In this document: piece by piece, positions 1 through 11,750 of the stretch | How positions within the stretch are numbered: the first letter of the stretch is position 1 | Layout: each line of letters begins with the position of its first letter | Assembly (NCBI GenBank): GCA_964016885.1 | Contig: OZ024740.1 | Location: forward strand, 32,426,001 to 32,490,000 | Direction: 5' to 3' | Length of the DNA: 64,000 bases | Source of the DNA: Eledone cirrhosa | Taxonomy: Eukaryota | Notes under the pieces: generated by a model | Told to the model about the DNA's origin: nothing | Databases searched by the model: none | What the model saw: the letters and a program-made list of their open reading frames with translations, nothing else | Position numbers and translations under genes: made by a program

Positions 1-101
1 AATAGAGAAGTTAAGCCAGGAGATGCTATTGCGGAAAGTTAAAGTGAGCTAATTCAGCTGTTAAACATAATAGTATGTATTAGGAATACATTGGTCTAGA
101 G

Positions 102-391
102 CAGCCATGGGCAACCTTTTTCAAGAAGCAGGCTGCATGAGATATGACTCATCATCAGGCGGGCCAAAACACTAATTTACATTCGTGCCCGCATTAAAAA
201 AAAGGGCTGTAACTCGGGTTGTTTTGATTTGTTTCTTCAGAATTCGTACACGTTGTTTTCCTCAATTGTAAAAATGATAGAAAGATAAATTACGACTGAA
301 AAGTTTGGGTAAAAAGATCAGTTAGATTTCACTTAGGTGACTTAGGCAAGCCATTCAGAAAGTTTTGTGGGTCGCAGGCTGCCCCTGACTG
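102..391. mobile_element. Non-autonomous hAT-type (Charlie/Buster-like) MITE
   Basis: TIRs CAGCCATGGGCAAC / GCTGCCCCTGACTG (11/14 match); degenerate 8-bp TSD GTCTAGAG (94-101) / GTCTGGAA (392-399) fitting the NTCTAGAN target preference. Confidence 0.6.
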
Positions 392-729
392 GTCTGGAAT
401 ATACAGTTTTGATATTTTTTAGATAACAATTGATCATTTGCATATTTTCTGTGTGTAGGTTGCCTATTTTCTACAATTTCCTTCTACCACCCTGTATGAT
501 GCATAAGCACATTGAATGGATTCTAATCAAATAAGCAGGTGTGCACTATCGGCTATGTTGTGCATTATCATGAATGCGAAACTAAACTTAAGAGCGCTCT
601 GTTATCAACAGAGTTAAAATATTATTAATTGTTTACTCAACACAGTTGATCGTTACCTTAGGTTTCAAAACATACCCTTGTATTAGCCATGTTTTATTAT
701 AGTTTGCTTAGGAATGCAAACCATAATAA

Positions 730-2130
730 AACTTTATGGCTAATACGGGAACATGTTTTAAAACATGTTAGTAAATGCAAACTCAGCCTATGTGCACCAT
801 GAAAAATATGTGGAATGCTTTAAAACAAAAAAAATAAAAAATTGAACAATCTCATCTGTCAAATCATACAAGAATTTCATTGAAATCAGCACTGAGATAT
901 GAAGGCAAAGCCTCCCACACCAAAAATCTAAGTCTATTAACAAACAAAAGAATGCATGGAAATTGATAAAGAAATTATCAGGCAAAAAGAACTCCAGTGT
1001 CATATTTATGGAGGGTGAGAAACATCTCAGTGCATGGAAAAATTATTTCAAAGCACTGCTGTATAACAACAGTATCATAAACAATGAATTCATGATCGGG
1101 TGTTTATACAGTGTCAGCACCAGTACTTCTGTTGAGGATTTCTTAGATGAAAAATAAGACGAAACCAAGCCTAGATGGACTTCCACTAGAATTCTGGAAA
1201 CTTAAAAAAGCTATAAACTATCTTACTGCACATCTGTAATCAGACCTTTAAAGGAAAATGACAAGAATGGGGTTTTTCCGTGACAGTACCTATTTCTAAG
1301 AAAGGGGATCTTAAGAAACCAGACAATTATTGTGGAATAAATCTACAAAAATATATAATTGCCTTATCTTGAACAGGCTTTGACCAGAAATCAAAAATAT
1401 CCTACGCCCAAACCAAAATGGATTTATATCATCTAGATCTACATCATCACAGATTATGGCCTTCCAACATCTAATTGAAGAAGTCAGAAATTATCAAAAA
1501 GAAGCCACATTAACATTTATAGACTTATGAAAAGCTTTTGATAGCATTAACCGTGAGTGTATGTCTGAAGTTCTACTTGCCTAGAGTATTACTCTCAAAC
1601 TTGTTAATGGAATCAAGACCATGTACATAAACAATCTCACTATAACACTGACAGCAGAAGAAGAAACTGACTTCTTTCAGGTAGTTGCAAGTGTACTTCA
1701 AGGCGATCTCCTCAAACCATATTTATTTATCATTGTATTTGAGTATGCTCTACGTGTTACTATTGATGCTTGATCAAAAGTGTAGAAGCATGAGACATCC
1801 ATCACAACACCTAGCAGATATGGAATTCACCGATGACATTGTCTTATGTGCACTAACTAATGCAGAGGATCTCTTACACAAGCTAGAAGTTTCTACTCAA
1901 GCTATGGGACTCTTCATAAATGTCAACAAAACCAAATACATGACCATCAACTCATATCAAGCAACAAACGTCAAATCATTAAGCAATACTGTTCTTGCAA
2001 AAGCAACTGGACCATCTGGTTTAGTTGCCATGGTAGATTGAGGTTACGAGCTAATCAAATGCATAGTTAATCAAGTTGTACAGGATGGTGTCATATCCAA
2101 TGACTGGCACAACAGTATCATTGTAAACTG
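730..2130 (+). mobile_element. Degenerate non-LTR retrotransposon RT fragment (RTE-like)
   Basis: Broken reading frames with RT motifs KKGDL, QNGF, FIDL.KAFDSI, VLQGDLL.PYLF, EFTDDI, GLFINVNKTKYM; many stops and frameshifts. Confidence 0.7.
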
Positions 2131-2540
2131 CATATATGTATTAGATCTACCTTAATACACATCTAATAACACTGTATACATCTCATCTATCTTGGTGCAC
2201 ATGTGACAACACTATACATAACACCTACCTTAGTATCTGTGTAATTGTGTATTTCATTATTTATGAATAATGAATATTTATTACAAGATACTGAGATATT
2301 GAAGTCACAAACTTCCATATCCTGCTATAACGTCGTCAACTTCATGTATATGATGTGTGTAAGCACATAACATACATAACACACACAGTTGAAACATCAG
2401 AAAGCATTAAAGTTTAACTTTTCCAATCTTTCATTAAATATAAAAATTTACACTATATATTGAGCACTTTGTTTCTTCCTCATTTCTGAGAATTATTAGA
2501 TATCCTATGTCCAATTGTATTTTTGTATATTTCTTTATAG

Positions 2541-2667
2541 GTCTTTCTTAATGAAATCTCTTCGCCAAATACAAATGTGTTTAGACTTCCTAGAGGCCTA
2601 TGGCGTTGAATTAAAATGGCATGGCCGTGTTCAGAATGAAGCTGCTCACTATTGCAACGACTGTGAG
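2541..2667 (+). CDS. KDM6A: KDM6A/UTX histone H3K27 demethylase, penultimate coding exon
   Basis: AG at 2539-2540, GT at 2668; SFLMKSLRQIQMCLDFLEAYGVELKWHGRVQNEAAHYCNDCE matches KDM6 WHGR....AHYC..CE (first CxxC of the zinc-binding domain). Confidence 0.92.
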
Positions 2668-3614
2668 GTATGTATTAACTACAAATATTTAACTCATCAT
2701 TCTACATTTTAGCTTCTTTCATTCTTCGAGGACACTTAGTCCAATTTATCAAGTTTCATTATCTTTCTGACATCTGCTTGTCACAGCATATGTTCAAATG
2801 TTATACTTCTGACAGCATTAACTGTTGAAGAAAATCCCCAAAATGGTTGATATCTTTAATGTAATAAAAGTTATTGAACTAACTAGGGAAAGAAATCAAA
2901 ACCATAATTAAAATCTTTAACATGATAAAATAATGTTAGGAGGATCTATAGATTTGTGTATCAAAGTAGAAAGGAGAAAATTTATAAAATGTGGGTTTTT
3001 CATGTATGTTTCTAGTCATGTATTAATGATTTTAAATAGTTATTAGTTTTTTAAAGAAAGGTTTGGGACCGCATTATCACCACACATCCAATTGTCTATG
3101 CTGTATATAGGTTGGACATTTCTTCAAATTCAGAACCTGTCCATGTGATTTGCTTCTGTGTTATTTTGGTGGCTATGGTGAGAGAGGTTGTGAAGTGGAT
3201 GAAACTAAGAGGATAGAAGGCACACTTTCCTCTTCAGTAAAGCCCTTGACTTTTTCAAGTTCTACTTGAAAAAGAAAGTGAGGGTGATTAAGAAAGTGTT
3301 CCCAGCCCCAGTATATTTGTTGTAAGGTGGGTGAATGTTTCAAGAATGGCTCGTACTTGTACTGGAGAGAATGGAGGAGAGGGATAATTGCTTATTGTGC
3401 CCTATCAGGGTGACTTCAGACACAGTTCATTAGTTACCCCTGTGTGGTGTGTCTGCCCCCATTGTGGAATTCTGTTACTAATGTGTTACTGTTAGCTGTA
3501 TTTTTTTCTCTGTACTAGATGTATGTAAATTCTCAATATCCCTGTTTAATAGTATTGTCTTTTCTGTTTCGGCCCTAGTGGCCAATAAAGAAATTATTTC
3601 CTTTGTAATTAATT

Positions 3615-3645
<31 letters not shown>

Positions 3646-3651
3646 TTGTAG

Positions 3652-4119
3652 GAAGAAGTTTTTGATATCTTATTTGTGAGTGAACAAGATAAAAAGCATG
3701 TTGTCCACTGCCTAAACTGTGCTTGCAAGATCAGTCCAACATTGGAAGGTTTTGTTGTCCTTGAACAATATCATTTACAAGACTTAATAGAGATGTTTGA
3801 TAAATTTCAACTTCATCCTTCAATTCACCAAGTAAAAAGAGCTCCACAGACCAAACAAATAACATCATCACAACAACAGCAACCATCACAATCACAATCA
3901 AAACCAACCACAAGTATCAGCAATTGTTCATCATCACCATCATCATTTTCCACCATTACATCAAGCAGCACTACTTTGGCACATCAGGTCGGACAACTCC
4001 CTAGCCGAACTCCTTTAGTTCATCTGCCATCTACAGAAGCTCTCTCTGGAGCAGTACACATACCTCCCCAGATGCTCAACACAACCACATCTACAACAAA
4101 CAGCTCTATGTCTAACTAA
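3652..4119 (+). CDS. KDM6A: KDM6A/UTX terminal coding exon (Zn-binding domain end plus low-complexity tail)
   Basis: AG at 3650-3651, phase 0 with previous exon; EEVFDILFVSEQDKKHVVHCLNCACKISPTLEGFVVLEQYHLQDLIEMFDKFQL matches UTX EVFDLLFV...VHCQDCA...FVVLEQY..EDL...YDQF; stop TAA 4117-4119. Confidence 0.92.
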   Translation, partial: EEVFDILFVSEQDKKHVVHCLNCACKISPTLEGFVVLEQYHLQDLIEMFDKFQLHPSIHQVKRAPQTKQITSSQQQQPSQSQSKPTTSISNCSSSPSSFSTITSSSTTLAHQVGQLPSRTPLVHLPSTEALSGAVHIPPQMLNTTTSTTNSSMSN

Positions 4120-4231
4120 AGTCAACAACCGTGTGCAGAGCAATAGACTAACTACAATTGTAGGGCAACCATTCACCTCCATTGATGCCTCTTAAGCCAG
4201 AGGACTAACTATCTGCCATGTAATTCCTTAT

Positions 4232-4237
4232 AATAAA
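4232..4237 (+). promoter_or_regulatory. Candidate proximal polyadenylation signal of KDM6A
   Basis: First AATAAA after the stop codon, with T/GT-rich sequence further downstream; the motif is common in AT-rich DNA. Confidence 0.3.
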
Positions 4238-4550
4238 AACTGGTTCTCTTGGAAGATTCTTCAGCATTTTGGCAGCAGACATAGCTGATCTGAAAGACAC
4301 TTCAGAGCATTTTTGATTATTATGCAAGTCTTTTTTTTTTTTTTAGTTTGTTTGTTTGTTAAACTCCCACCTCACCCGTTCCCTTTCTTCTTTGTTAGCC
4401 TCTGTAGTTAACATCTAACATCTACATCCTAATACTTTCCTAACCTTCTGAAGAGAAAGCATAAATTACAGCCAAAATAAATTCTGAATTCCAGTCTTTC
4501 AATTCCAGTAGGTATTTATTATGTCTTTCAGATGTGATTAAAATAGAAGA

Positions 4551-4930
4551 CCTATGTAGAAGCAAGCATGTGCATACATGTACCTATGTAGAAGCGTGTG
4601 CATACATGTACCTATGTAGAAGCAAGCATGTGCATACATGTACCTATGTAGAAGCGTGTGCATACATGTACCTATGTAGAAGCAAGCATGTGCATACATG
4701 TACCTATGTAGAAGCATGTGCATACATGTACATGTGTAGAAGCAAGCATGTGCATACATGTACCTATGTAGAAGCATGTGCATACATGTACATGTGTAGA
4801 AGCATGTGCATACATGTACATGTGTAGAAGCATGTGCATACATGAACATGTGTAGAAGCATGTGCACACATGAACACATGTAGAAGCATGTGCACACATG
4901 AACACATGTAGAAGCATGTGCACACATGTC
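4551..4930. repeat. Minisatellite of 28/32-bp units (60-bp higher-order repeat)
   Basis: CCTATGTAGAAGC(AAGC)ATGTGCATACATGTA units alternate 32+28 bp, then decay into 28-bp variants; explains the repetitive ORFs on both strands. Confidence 0.95.
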
Positions 4931-5416
4931 CACTCATGTGATTGGCCATGAATATATTTGCACATACAAATATTGAAATATTCTGTTCAAAAGGAATGTA
5001 ACTTAAACTAATTTATATTTATTTCAAAGACACTTGATAGGAAAATCTAAGTATTTTTATTTAATAGATGTTCTCAATGAAATTTAATATAAGCAATTAA
5101 TTAAAAATATTAGTTCTATAATAATTAATGTACATACCTGTTACAAAATTGCCAATGAAGCAGTTGTTATTGAAATTAAGTTACTAAAATCTGTAACGTC
5201 TCTTAAGTAATCATTCATTTGAATTATATTTACATTCATTTTAATCAATTTGGTTTACTTACTAATTTCATTATCCTCTTAATAGGAAATGTTTATAAAT
5301 AGTTATAAATTAGAGTTAATATTTACAATAGCAGACATATTCCTTTCTATATTGGCTGTTAGTCTTAAAACTGGCACCTGTGTATCAGACATTATTTCCA
5401 ATAGCAGACATAAGTT

Positions 5417-5699
5417 GGCGGCATGTGGCCTAGTGGTAAGGGTGTTGGACTTACGATCAGAATGTTGTGTGTTTGATTCCTGGACTAGGTTGTGTGTGGT
5501 GTTCTTGAGCAAAACACTTCATTTCACGTTGCTCCAGTATACTCAGCTGAACATGAGTACCAGCAGCAGTAGCTGGGGTTTTAACCCTGTGATGAACTGG
5601 CATCCTGTCCAGAGGGGGAGTCTTGTACTCTGTCACATCACACCACAGAAACCGGGATAAGCCTTGGCCTAATGAACCTCTGGGCTTGAGACAGACTTT
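5417..5699 (+). mobile_element. tRNA-derived SINE (divergent member of family A head/core)
   Basis: A-box-like TGGCCTAGTGG, B-box-like GTTTGATTCC, core TTCTTGAGCAAAACACTTCATTTCAC; 11-bp TSD AGACATAAGTT (5406-5416, 5700-5710). Confidence 0.85.
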
Positions 5700-6214
5700 A
5701 GACATAAGTTCCTTTCTATATTGGCTGTTAGTCTTAAAACTGGCACCTGTGTATCAGACATTATTTTCTTTGAATGTTTAATTCATTACTCAGTTGCCTT
5801 GCTTTTTATTCAACCAGGAGAAATTTATATTTAAAAAACATAAAACACCCAACAAATAATTTAAAATGTTTTCACTAATAACTGAATCAGTACTGATTAC
5901 AATGAAAGCCCTGCCACTCTACATTTTTACTATCTCTCTCTCCTCTCCTCTTTTGCTATCTATCTCACTCTCCTCCACTTGTTTTTACAATCTATTTCAC
6001 TATCTCCCCTTTCTTTTTTACTATCTCTCTTCTCTTTTATTGTCTACCTCTCCTCCTCTATTATTATTTGTCTCTCACTTTTACTATCTTTCTCTCCCCC
6101 TCATTTTTATCCTTCTCTCTTTTACTATCTAACTCCCTCCCCCTCTTTTAAGTGGTTGTAACTGCAATTCATTTTGAATATCGGGAAACAAAAAAAAAAC
6201 TGAATTTTTACATT

Positions 6215-6222
6215 TATATATA

Positions 6223-6313
<91 letters not shown>

Positions 6314-6325
6314 CATACATATACA
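6215..6325. repeat. (TG)n/(TA)n microsatellite
   Basis: Dinucleotide runs. Confidence 0.9.
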
Positions 6326-8885
6326 CATGATAACCCCCTTTCTAGTTTACCTCTTTTTATGGACTCATATTTTGTCTGGAAATATGTTTTTCACTTTATT
6401 TGCAACGTTGCCTGAGTTGTCTTTGAACATGGCTTGGAATTGTCACTGCCATTGCCTCAATCTTCCTCTTTATTGCCATGCCAACAGGTAACTAAGCAAC
6501 AATCTATCTAAATCGGCCATAACAATGTGTCTGGCTGTTTGCTTTTCTTTATTTTATTATTATTATAAAGTACCAGTAATGCACTGGAGTCGATTTAATC
6601 GACTTTCCCCTCCCTTTAAATTGCTGGCCTTTTGCCAAATATAAAATCAATTAATATTATTAAGATAGAAAACAGTTATATCCGAGTCATTTGATAATTT
6701 CTTGTGTTTAAACTCTGGTAATTTACTGGTTCTAACTGAAACCTTTCAAATCTACTGCAATTACTTTTCCATTTAAAAAAAATATTATTTTAATTATCTA
6801 TCAATACCGATTTAAATTTGATTTCATAGATATATTGGGTAAATTAAAGTTTGAATTATTTTAGTAAATTTTTTATTAGCAAGAATTTAGTTCAGTTTTG
6901 AGCCTATCTCGGGTACCATTTGATTCAATGGCAGATATATTATGAATCAAGGATCTTGTCAACAAAGCTAAATTGAGGGCAGGCTCCCTTTAGTAACAGC
7001 TGGATTCAGTATCAACATTTACTCTGTATTTCAGGAATTCATCTATATATCTTGATCACAAAAAATTGTGACTTTTGTGCCAATATATCAACAACCAGAA
7101 TTTATTTTGTATGCTTGTGTGTATGTGTTTTATTTTGTATGTGTGTGTGTGTGTGTGTTTTATTTTGTATGCTTGTGTGTGTGTGTATGTTTTTCTGTAT
7201 GTAAATCAATTTATAAAATCTTTTCCACCACAACTTTAGTTTCCTTTTTACAAGAGATTTCCTTTTTGTTGGAATATTCCAAATTTTTGTCCTGTCATTA
7301 TTTTTCATATTTATAGTTTCTTATAACATCATAATTTGCATTTTTTTTATTTATTTATTTATTTATTTTTTTTTTTTTTTAGTTTACAGTTGGCAAAAAT
7401 ATTTAAAACAATTGTCTTCAAGGGAAGTCTTTGATATTTATTTTTATTTTCTCACAGTTCCAATTATTTCTACTTTCTAATAGTCCTCTATCACTGCAAA
7501 ACTCAGAATTCTATTTAACAAATACTAGGAAATACCCTGAGATTTTATTTTATTAATTATTACCTTTCATATATAAATTTTATATTTCACATAAAACTTT
7601 TGTTTGCAAAATAATGTGTGGAACTGGTGGGAAAGAGAATTTCAGTGACTGTCACTTTTAGCAATTCTAAGAGGATTGAGTTTAAACTTTCTTCAGATTT
7701 CAAAAGTGTTCCATGTGAAAGAACAAATACACAATTTATAATTGTGATAATGGTTGTTGTATTGCTACTGATGTGATCTCAGGGACTTACTGCCAATATT
7801 ATTATCTCTTCTGTCCACTGAGACTCACATTAAAAAGTTAAAAGGTAATGTATATGGTATGTATGGATTACATTGTCATTATATATATTTCTTTACTGAT
7901 TAACCAATTACACAATCAGATCCTAGAAACCACTGCCATTAAATTATCTGTATACCTTTACTTGGAGATAAGCAGTAGTAATATATGAGTCACTAGTCTC
8001 AAACATCTCAACTCTTTTATGCACTTAATGAATATTTATTTTATGAAATATTTGTTTTTATTTTATGAAATTAAAAAAATTCATTACTAAGTGAATGTTA
8101 ATCAGATATTCATCATTTGTTTGGCATTAAAAAAAAAAGATTCATCTTATCTTAGGTTTCTTTGCTTATGTTGAGTGTATGTCAAAATGTTATTTATATA
8201 CTGTAAAGTATCATGTCAAAAGACTTCCCCTTGCTAACTACTGCCATTATAAATCTTATCGTTTTAAATATATCTGTTGTAAGCATTATTTATTAAGGCT
8301 TCACCATATTGTGGACTATCTCTGTGAGCTTTGTCCGTCCGTGCACTAGTCTTATGAAGATTTGCCAATATACTGTTCCCCTGAAGACAATTCGCATTGC
8401 TTGCCATTTCTATATAAAGAACAGCCTTTGCAATCAGTTCTAAATATAAGCACCAGGGTAACTAGTTGACAGTGTCAGTTTGCAATTTGGTAATATAAAC
8501 ACACACAAATGCATAGTTATGGTATACCATATCTTTTCATATAATTTAGCTTTTAACTATTTATTTTTATTCCTATGCTCAATCAATACATTTTGTGGCC
8601 TTCATTATTTTAATCAGTTTCTTTCATAAAACATTATTTGAAACAATTTTACACTGGTAATTCTATTGGTCAATATTGGCCCTTTGCATCCACTGATCTC
8701 ATCTCGCTACAAGAGTGAATTTTTGTTCAGTAGCAGCAATTTTTCAATTCTAGACAAAATTCACCACTTTATTCATCGGGGTAGTTTTACCTAATTTTCT
8801 AAATCATCTCTTAATTTCAATAATGCTCATTAATTTTCATATCTTTAAAATTAAAATTTTTACTTTTATAGTTTTTAATCTTTTT

Positions 8886-8990
8886 ATAATATTTTGAGGA
8901 CTGATCATCAATCATATTTAATATTTTGAAGACTGATCATCAATCATATTTAATATTTTGAGCACTGATCATCGACCATATTTAATATTA
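8886..8990. repeat. 32-bp tandem repeat, ~3 copies
   Basis: TAATATTTTGAGGACTGATCATCAATCATATT repeated with substitutions. Confidence 0.85.
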
Positions 8991-9225
8991 TTGAGACATA
9001 GTGGCTACTGGGGGTAATCGCGATTATAATAATTTAGCAAACTTAATTTGGTACAATTTCACATAGAAGAACGCTTTAAAACTAAACATTTGATTTTATT
9101 TTCTAAATTAATAAGTTTGTAATTTGAAAATTATTCAATAAATGAAATGAAGTGTCTCTTCTGCAACATAACAAATTGAAGATCTTCATTTGTTATCTCA
9201 CATAAAAAATGGTTTCAGACATGAG

Positions 9226-9776
9226 TAATGTAGGTCTAAAACACTACATGTTGTTATTTAATGTCGGTCTAAAGCATTACATGTTATTTAATGTTGGTCT
9301 AAAGCATTACATGTTATTTAATGTCGGTCTAAACCATTACATGCTGTTTAATTTAGGTCTAAATCACTATATGTTATTTAATGTAGATCTAAAACAGTAC
9401 ATATTTAATGTAAGTTTAAAACACTACATGTTTACTGGCACTCTGTCGATTAAGACAAGTGTTCCAATCAACGGAACAGCCTGCTCGTGAAATTAATGTG
9501 CAAGTGGCTGAGCATTCCACAGATACGCGTACCCATAACATAGTTCTCAGGGAGATTCAGCGTGACAAGGCTGGTCCTTCGAATTACAGGTACAACTCAT
9601 TTTTGCCAGCTGAGTGCACTGGAGCAATGTGAAATAAAATGTCTTACTCAAGGGCACAACACACCACCAGGAATCGAACTCGCAACTTTACGATTGTGAA
9701 CCAAATACCCTAACCACATGTTTAATGTAGGTCTAAAACAGTACGTTATTTAATGTAGGTCTAAAACACTACATGT
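9226..9776. repeat. 30-bp minisatellite interrupted by a SINE
   Basis: TTATTTAATGTNGGTCTAAANCANTACATG units at 9226-9434 and 9716-9776. Confidence 0.85.
9435..9715 (-). mobile_element. tRNA-derived SINE (family A-like head, different tail), 5'-clipped
   Basis: Minus strand GGTTAGGGTATTTGG...GAGTTCGATTCCTGG plus core CTTGAGTAAGACATTTTATTTCACATTGCTCCAG; TSD ACATGTTTA (9426-9434, 9716-9724). Confidence 0.8.
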
Positions 9777-10509
9777 ATATTAACTCAATTATTCTGTTTA
9801 TATTGTGGAATCTTTCTTTAGGTGTATTATCAGGTTTAATAATGCAGCTAATTATGATCAATTCCCATAATTCTTCAACATTTCCTCACTTCTCTTCAGA
9901 TATTTAGAATATATATTCTAGATTATTAAATTATAATTCTTTTCACCTTAACAAAATTTGTTGGCTTTCTTTCCCAATTTATATTTGTTTGTTCTTTTTG
10001 ATAACAAATGTCTTTGGTTCTTGCCAATCTTATCATACACCATTCCATACTCATCTAATTAGTATTCAATTTGTTTTTGATTTTACAACTTAATTTATTT
10101 AGTTAATTGGTGTTTGTTCTACTGCTGATTTTGTTGCTAAATCACTCGGTAAGATAATGAGAGCCACTTATAAAAATATATTGAAATGAGGACCACTCTA
10201 AAGAAAGAAATAGTCTATATTACAAAACAAATATTATTTCCTAAAAGCAGAAGTGTCAATGACTGTATAAATGGATTTACTTTTATCTTTATGTATTTCA
10301 CCATATTCCATAGTCTTTAACAGATTGATTCAGTTGACCAGAACGTTCACCGATAAACGAACGCTGTACAGTCTTATATTTCATAGATCATTTGCTCTGC
10401 TGTACTTACTATAATTAAAGGTCAAAATCTATGATATATCAAGATTTTAAATTTTGTTTATAAACTATCAAAAATGATATAATGGATCTTTCTATTTCAC
10501 TGCCATTAC

Positions 10510-10680
10510 ATCGGTAGAGGGTCGGACGCCATGCTTTCCAGCATAGTTACGTCCCTTTACGATCTGAGTTCAAATCCCGCCGAGGTTGACTTTGCCTTTC
10601 ATCCTTACGGGGTCGATAAAATAAAGTACCAGTAATGCACTGGGTAATTGCTGGCCTTGTGCCAAAAGTAGAAACAATTA
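10510..10680 (+). mobile_element. SINE family B
   Basis: B-box GAGTTCAAATCCC followed by TTTGCCTTTCATCCTTACGGGGTCGATAAAATAAAGTACCAG...GCTGGCCTTGTGCCAAAAGTAGAAACAATT; copies or fragments also near 6565, 29420, 30630, 30746, 56755 and 57600. Confidence 0.75.
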
Positions 10681-10845
10681 CATTACACTGAATTAGCTCT
10701 TTTCAATCTCTCAAATGATCTCTTTCTTTTCAAATTATCAAACCAGCTTATTTATTCTAATTCTTTATTACAGTGATACTGAAAGTGGTAGGAATTTTGT
10801 TTAGGTTTTTAATTTTTTTACTTTTATATATATATTTATATAATA

Positions 10846-10880
<35 letters not shown>

Positions 10881-11369
10881 TTGTAGACTCTTGGCCAACC
10901 TAATTAGAACTTTTTAAAACTATGGAAAATGGTATTCATTAATTACTCTGAATTGTTTTAATTTAAAAAAAGTAGAAATAAGACATTTTATCTCCTAACC
11001 ATCTCACCTATTTATTACTCGTACCATATCATTCATTTGTTCCAAAATTATTAAATATAGATTTTTTTTGTGGAAGAAATACTTTTATTTCTTTGCCTCC
11101 GTACGTGTGTGTGTGCGTGTGTTTGCCATTTTCATAAATTTTGAAACATTTTTATAGAATTACTGGTTTGCTCTTAGTCTCCCCTTCTAATTACCATTCT
11201 TGTATTATTGTTCTTCCCATTTTAGAGTAAATTGATATTAGATTATAATTACCATTATCATCTCGACTCAATTATATTGTTTATCATCTTCACATTTAAC
11301 TCTTTTTAGTGAGTTCACATATAATTCCCCCATATGTACCTTTCTCTTTCAATTAAATGGTTCTCTGTA

Positions 11370-11750
11370 TCATCATCAGTGTTTAAACATCCATTTTTCC
11401 ATGCTAGCAAAGGTTGGACAGGTTATAACAGACCAAGTCAGCATTCAATCGGAGCCACTGTCTTCACAGATGGACCTAGGCCTGCATTTTGCTTACTTAT
11501 GTTCCTATACTTTACAGAACATTCTGGGTCCATTTTATTGTGACACCAACACTTGGCAGGTTCTCTATGGCTGGATGCCCTTCCTAACACCAACCACTTT
11601 AGTGTACTGGGCACTTTTTTTTTTTTTTTGTGACACCGTTAGGTTGTTTTCATGATGTGACTGAAGAGCCCTCTCAACCCTTTTGGCATGGTTTCTACAA
11701 CAGGATGCCTTCTTAAAACCAATCGATTTATTGAGTGTATTGGGTACATC
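11370..11750 (-). mobile_element. RTE LINE 3' UTR/tail fragments
   Basis: (CAT)n tail and the CTGGATGCCCTTCCTAACACCAACCAC motif shared with RTE 3' ends in the window. Confidence 0.6.

Noticed and set aside
4534-4965. Cys/His-rich repeat proteins (also 56121-56560, 9209-9490)
   Set aside because: Translations of minisatellites, often open on several frames or strands; no splice or homology support.
6125-6491. YI/CV-repeat ORFs (also 7068-7316, 18456-18842, 24595-24968)
   Set aside because: Microsatellite translations.
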